The notes under the pieces are model-generated. The model saw only the letters and a program-made list of their open reading frames with translations, was not told the DNA's origin and ran no database searches. A stretch of 64,000 nt of DNA from Selaginella moellendorffii (Eukaryota; Plantae; Lycopodiophyta), in the NCBI RefSeq assembly GCF_000143415.4, contig NW_003314291.1, positions 1,841,290 to 1,905,289 of the forward strand, in the 5' to 3' direction. The position numbers were made by a program, and so were the translations under genes. Of this stretch, positions 61,613 to 64,000 are shown piece by piece. Position 1 is the first letter of the stretch. Every line of letters begins with the position of its first letter.

Positions 61613-62202
61613 TGTAATCTCTTGAATTTGGACTTCCCAAGAGGTCACCCAGCCCAGTACTATTCAAACCCAAGGACACTTAATCCTAAATATCCCAAAA
61701 CTTTTAACCAATTGGAAAAGGGGTGCACTCTTATTCATAAGCCCTTTCCCTCTATATTTAAACCCTTATGCATCATCTCTCAAGTCATTCCCTTTGGTTC
61801 CTTACAATCCATCACACTTCCCTACAAGTTCACGCTCTCGTGAATGGAAGTTGAAAGCTGTAGCTCTCTTGAGAACCCTGCTCTCTTAACACCCTACCCC
61901 TCAGATCAAGCCCAACCAAAGCATATTGGACCCTTGCCAGATGTCAATCAACATGTGGTGCAATTCCCCTAAGCTAACTAACAGAGTTAAACCTGAGACC
62001 CCTCTAATACCAAATCTGAACTCCTCAGTTTGGACTTCCTAGGAGGTCACCCAACCCAGTACTATTCAAACCCAAGGACATTTAACCCCAAGTATCCCAA
62101 AACCCTGAACCGATTGGAAAACGGGGTGCACTTTTATTCAAAAACCCTTTCCCTCTATATTTGAACCCTTATGGATCATCTCTTAAGTCGTTTCCTTTCA
62201 TT
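61613..62202 (-). mobile_element. Cassandra TRIM nested in the family A internal region
   Basis: LTRs at 61613-61806 and ~62015-62202, PBS remnant CTCTAATACCA, TSD GTAGG (61608-61612, 62203-62207), 5S-like core. Confidence 0.88.
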
Positions 62203-63693
62203 GTAGGTCTTTTTAGCATTTTCTGCTATGGGCTTTATGCACAGCCCAACCTAGCGACCCATCCATAAGTCCTTTTTTTAGATTCACAATACCACTGCAT
62301 TGTTGCAATTTATTTCCCTTGGGTGTTTTTCCCACTTGGTCACTTTGACCAAGCCACACTATTACCAATAGTTTAAATCAACACTTTGAACTAACTTTAT
62401 TCCTCAACCTCACAAAGACTTTGTCCTTGTTTCAATTATAAGATCATCTAATGATTTAACCTTGACACCTTAGTAGGTTTGCTAATAGGTATTAGGTCTT
62501 CAAAACTTTAATCTTGTTGACCATGACCCCGGGGGCATCCCCCACACTTGGCAGTACACCCAAGCCAGCCCCTCCAGCTAACGGTCCATAGCAGCTAAGA
62601 CTAAGTGTCCCCATCTCATTCATCACATCTTTGGTGCCACTTACCCCAAAGTGTTTAAGTTAAATATGCCAAGTTTTCACACTAAGCAATCTAACTATGC
62701 ATCACAACTCTGGGGCATCCCCCACTTGGTGGTGTGCCTAAGCCAGTCTCCTCTCTGAGAGTCCATAACCACCGAAAAATGAGTGTCCTCATATTTCAAA
62801 CCATCACCACGCCCTAATGAGTTGGGACTCAAACCTAAGCACTAGAGGGTTGGGACTCAAACCCAACTTCTGTATATGCATCTACGAACGACATCACCTA
62901 GGATGCCTGGCGTGACTCCTCACACCAGTGCACTAATTTATACTTAAAGTGTGTTACAGATCACAACTCAGGAACCTAGTTCCTCTAAACTACCAAGTCC
63001 TCTTACTTGACAAATCTGTGATTATGTATGGACTCCTCCATATTTGGCCCCATAGGCCACCCCCTTTTGAAGTTACATCTTCAATTAGGGTCTTTGTCCC
63101 CCTCGACTTGCCAATCTTGCTTAGCAAGTCACTCAACTAGCATAACATGATTTCATGCATAAGCGTGAAAGTCCTTAACCATCAACTTTCATTCAAAACC
63201 ATTTCTTTGAACACTCAGGGACTACTTCCCTAGCCTTGATAGCCTCACCTCATAACAAGATTCAAGACCACACTTCTATTGTACCATTTTGATTTCATGC
63301 ATTTTTTAAATCATTTACACTTATCTTTCTAGGTACAAATCTACCTAGAATTGTCTTTGGGAACCTTGAAAGGACTTTGTCCCTTAGTTTGCTAAGGCTT
63401 CTCTTTTTGCAAGCCTTCTAATTGCTATATAGTCTGTCCCAACTTGTATAACGACTCTTGATTATGCTCTTTAATTACTATAGTTCAATTCTACCCATTT
63501 ATTACTTGCTTTTGGCCTCGTATATTTCCTTAGGTTATTCTCCTCTAGGTTAAGAGGATAATTATGCACTTTTTACCATGCCTTAACAAGTATTTCTTAG
63601 GGATAAATCTACTCGATAGCCTAGGGTGTGGTTCCTCAATTTAAATATGCTCACTTTATAATTCTACACACTATGATTAACATTGCTTACTTA

Positions 63694-64000
63694 TGTGAGA
63701 CACAAAATCCCTAGGCCCCAAAGTGGAGCCAGAAAAGGTGCCACGTGGTAGTGGCCGAAGCGAAAGCCAAACGAGCATAACACGTTTGGACTAAAAGCTC
63801 CAACTTGGAAGGTCGAGAGCGGGAGTGGAACTCCCAACAAAGTGCTCGAGGAGCAAGCACGAGGCAACCAATAAGCAAGGCTCCAAAAAGGGACCCAAAA
63901 AGGACCAACACATGACACGTGGAAGTGTCCGAGATGGAGTCCGAGGCGGACCCGAGTTGGAGTCCGAGATGGACCCGAAGGGGGTCGGGTAGAATTGGTG
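63694..64000 (+). mobile_element. Start of another family A LTR, inserted antisense into the previous family A copy
   Basis: TGTGAGACACAAAATCCCTAGGCCCCAAAGTGGAGCC matches 3759 onward, and satellite units begin at ~63928. Confidence 0.85.

Larger units (their letters stand above)
51731..63693 (-). mobile_element. Family A element (3' LTR 51731-60767 split by element B; internal region 60768-63693), older and more decayed copy
   Basis: TGTAAGCGAC at 51731 and GTGTTTCACA at 60767 match the 3759-5925 LTR ends. The PPT complement CCCACCACCCA follows, and the internal region matches ~1480-3750. Confidence 0.85.

Overview
Eukaryotic, repeat-rich plant DNA. The ~50-nt introns, TTTAGGG repeats and PLS-type PPR fragment suggest a lycophyte such as Selaginella (inference). 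Most of the window is nested LTR retroelements: a non-coding LARD-like family A with satellite-bearing LTRs, a very young non-coding element B, decayed Ty3/gypsy and copia pieces, and four Cassandra TRIMs with 5S-derived LTRs. Host-gene fragments (PPR, SERINC, BIG ARF-GEF) and a coiled-coil gene are also present. The standout is a ~13-kb TIR DNA transposon (27080-40148, 4-bp TSD ACAA) with a Sola1/DUF7869-like transposase. It also carries a divergently oriented 11-exon gene that splices into one ~1626-aa protein: ParB/Srx-like domain, degenerate N4/N6-methyltransferase-like domain, acidic tract and FCP1-like HAD domain. About 24 copies of a 22-bp palindrome (ATGGCRTG-N6-CAYGCCAT) are spread through its termini, promoter, introns and even exons. 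This is a candidate ParB/parS-like self-recognition or anti-silencing system. All domain calls come from motifs read by eye; no searches were run.
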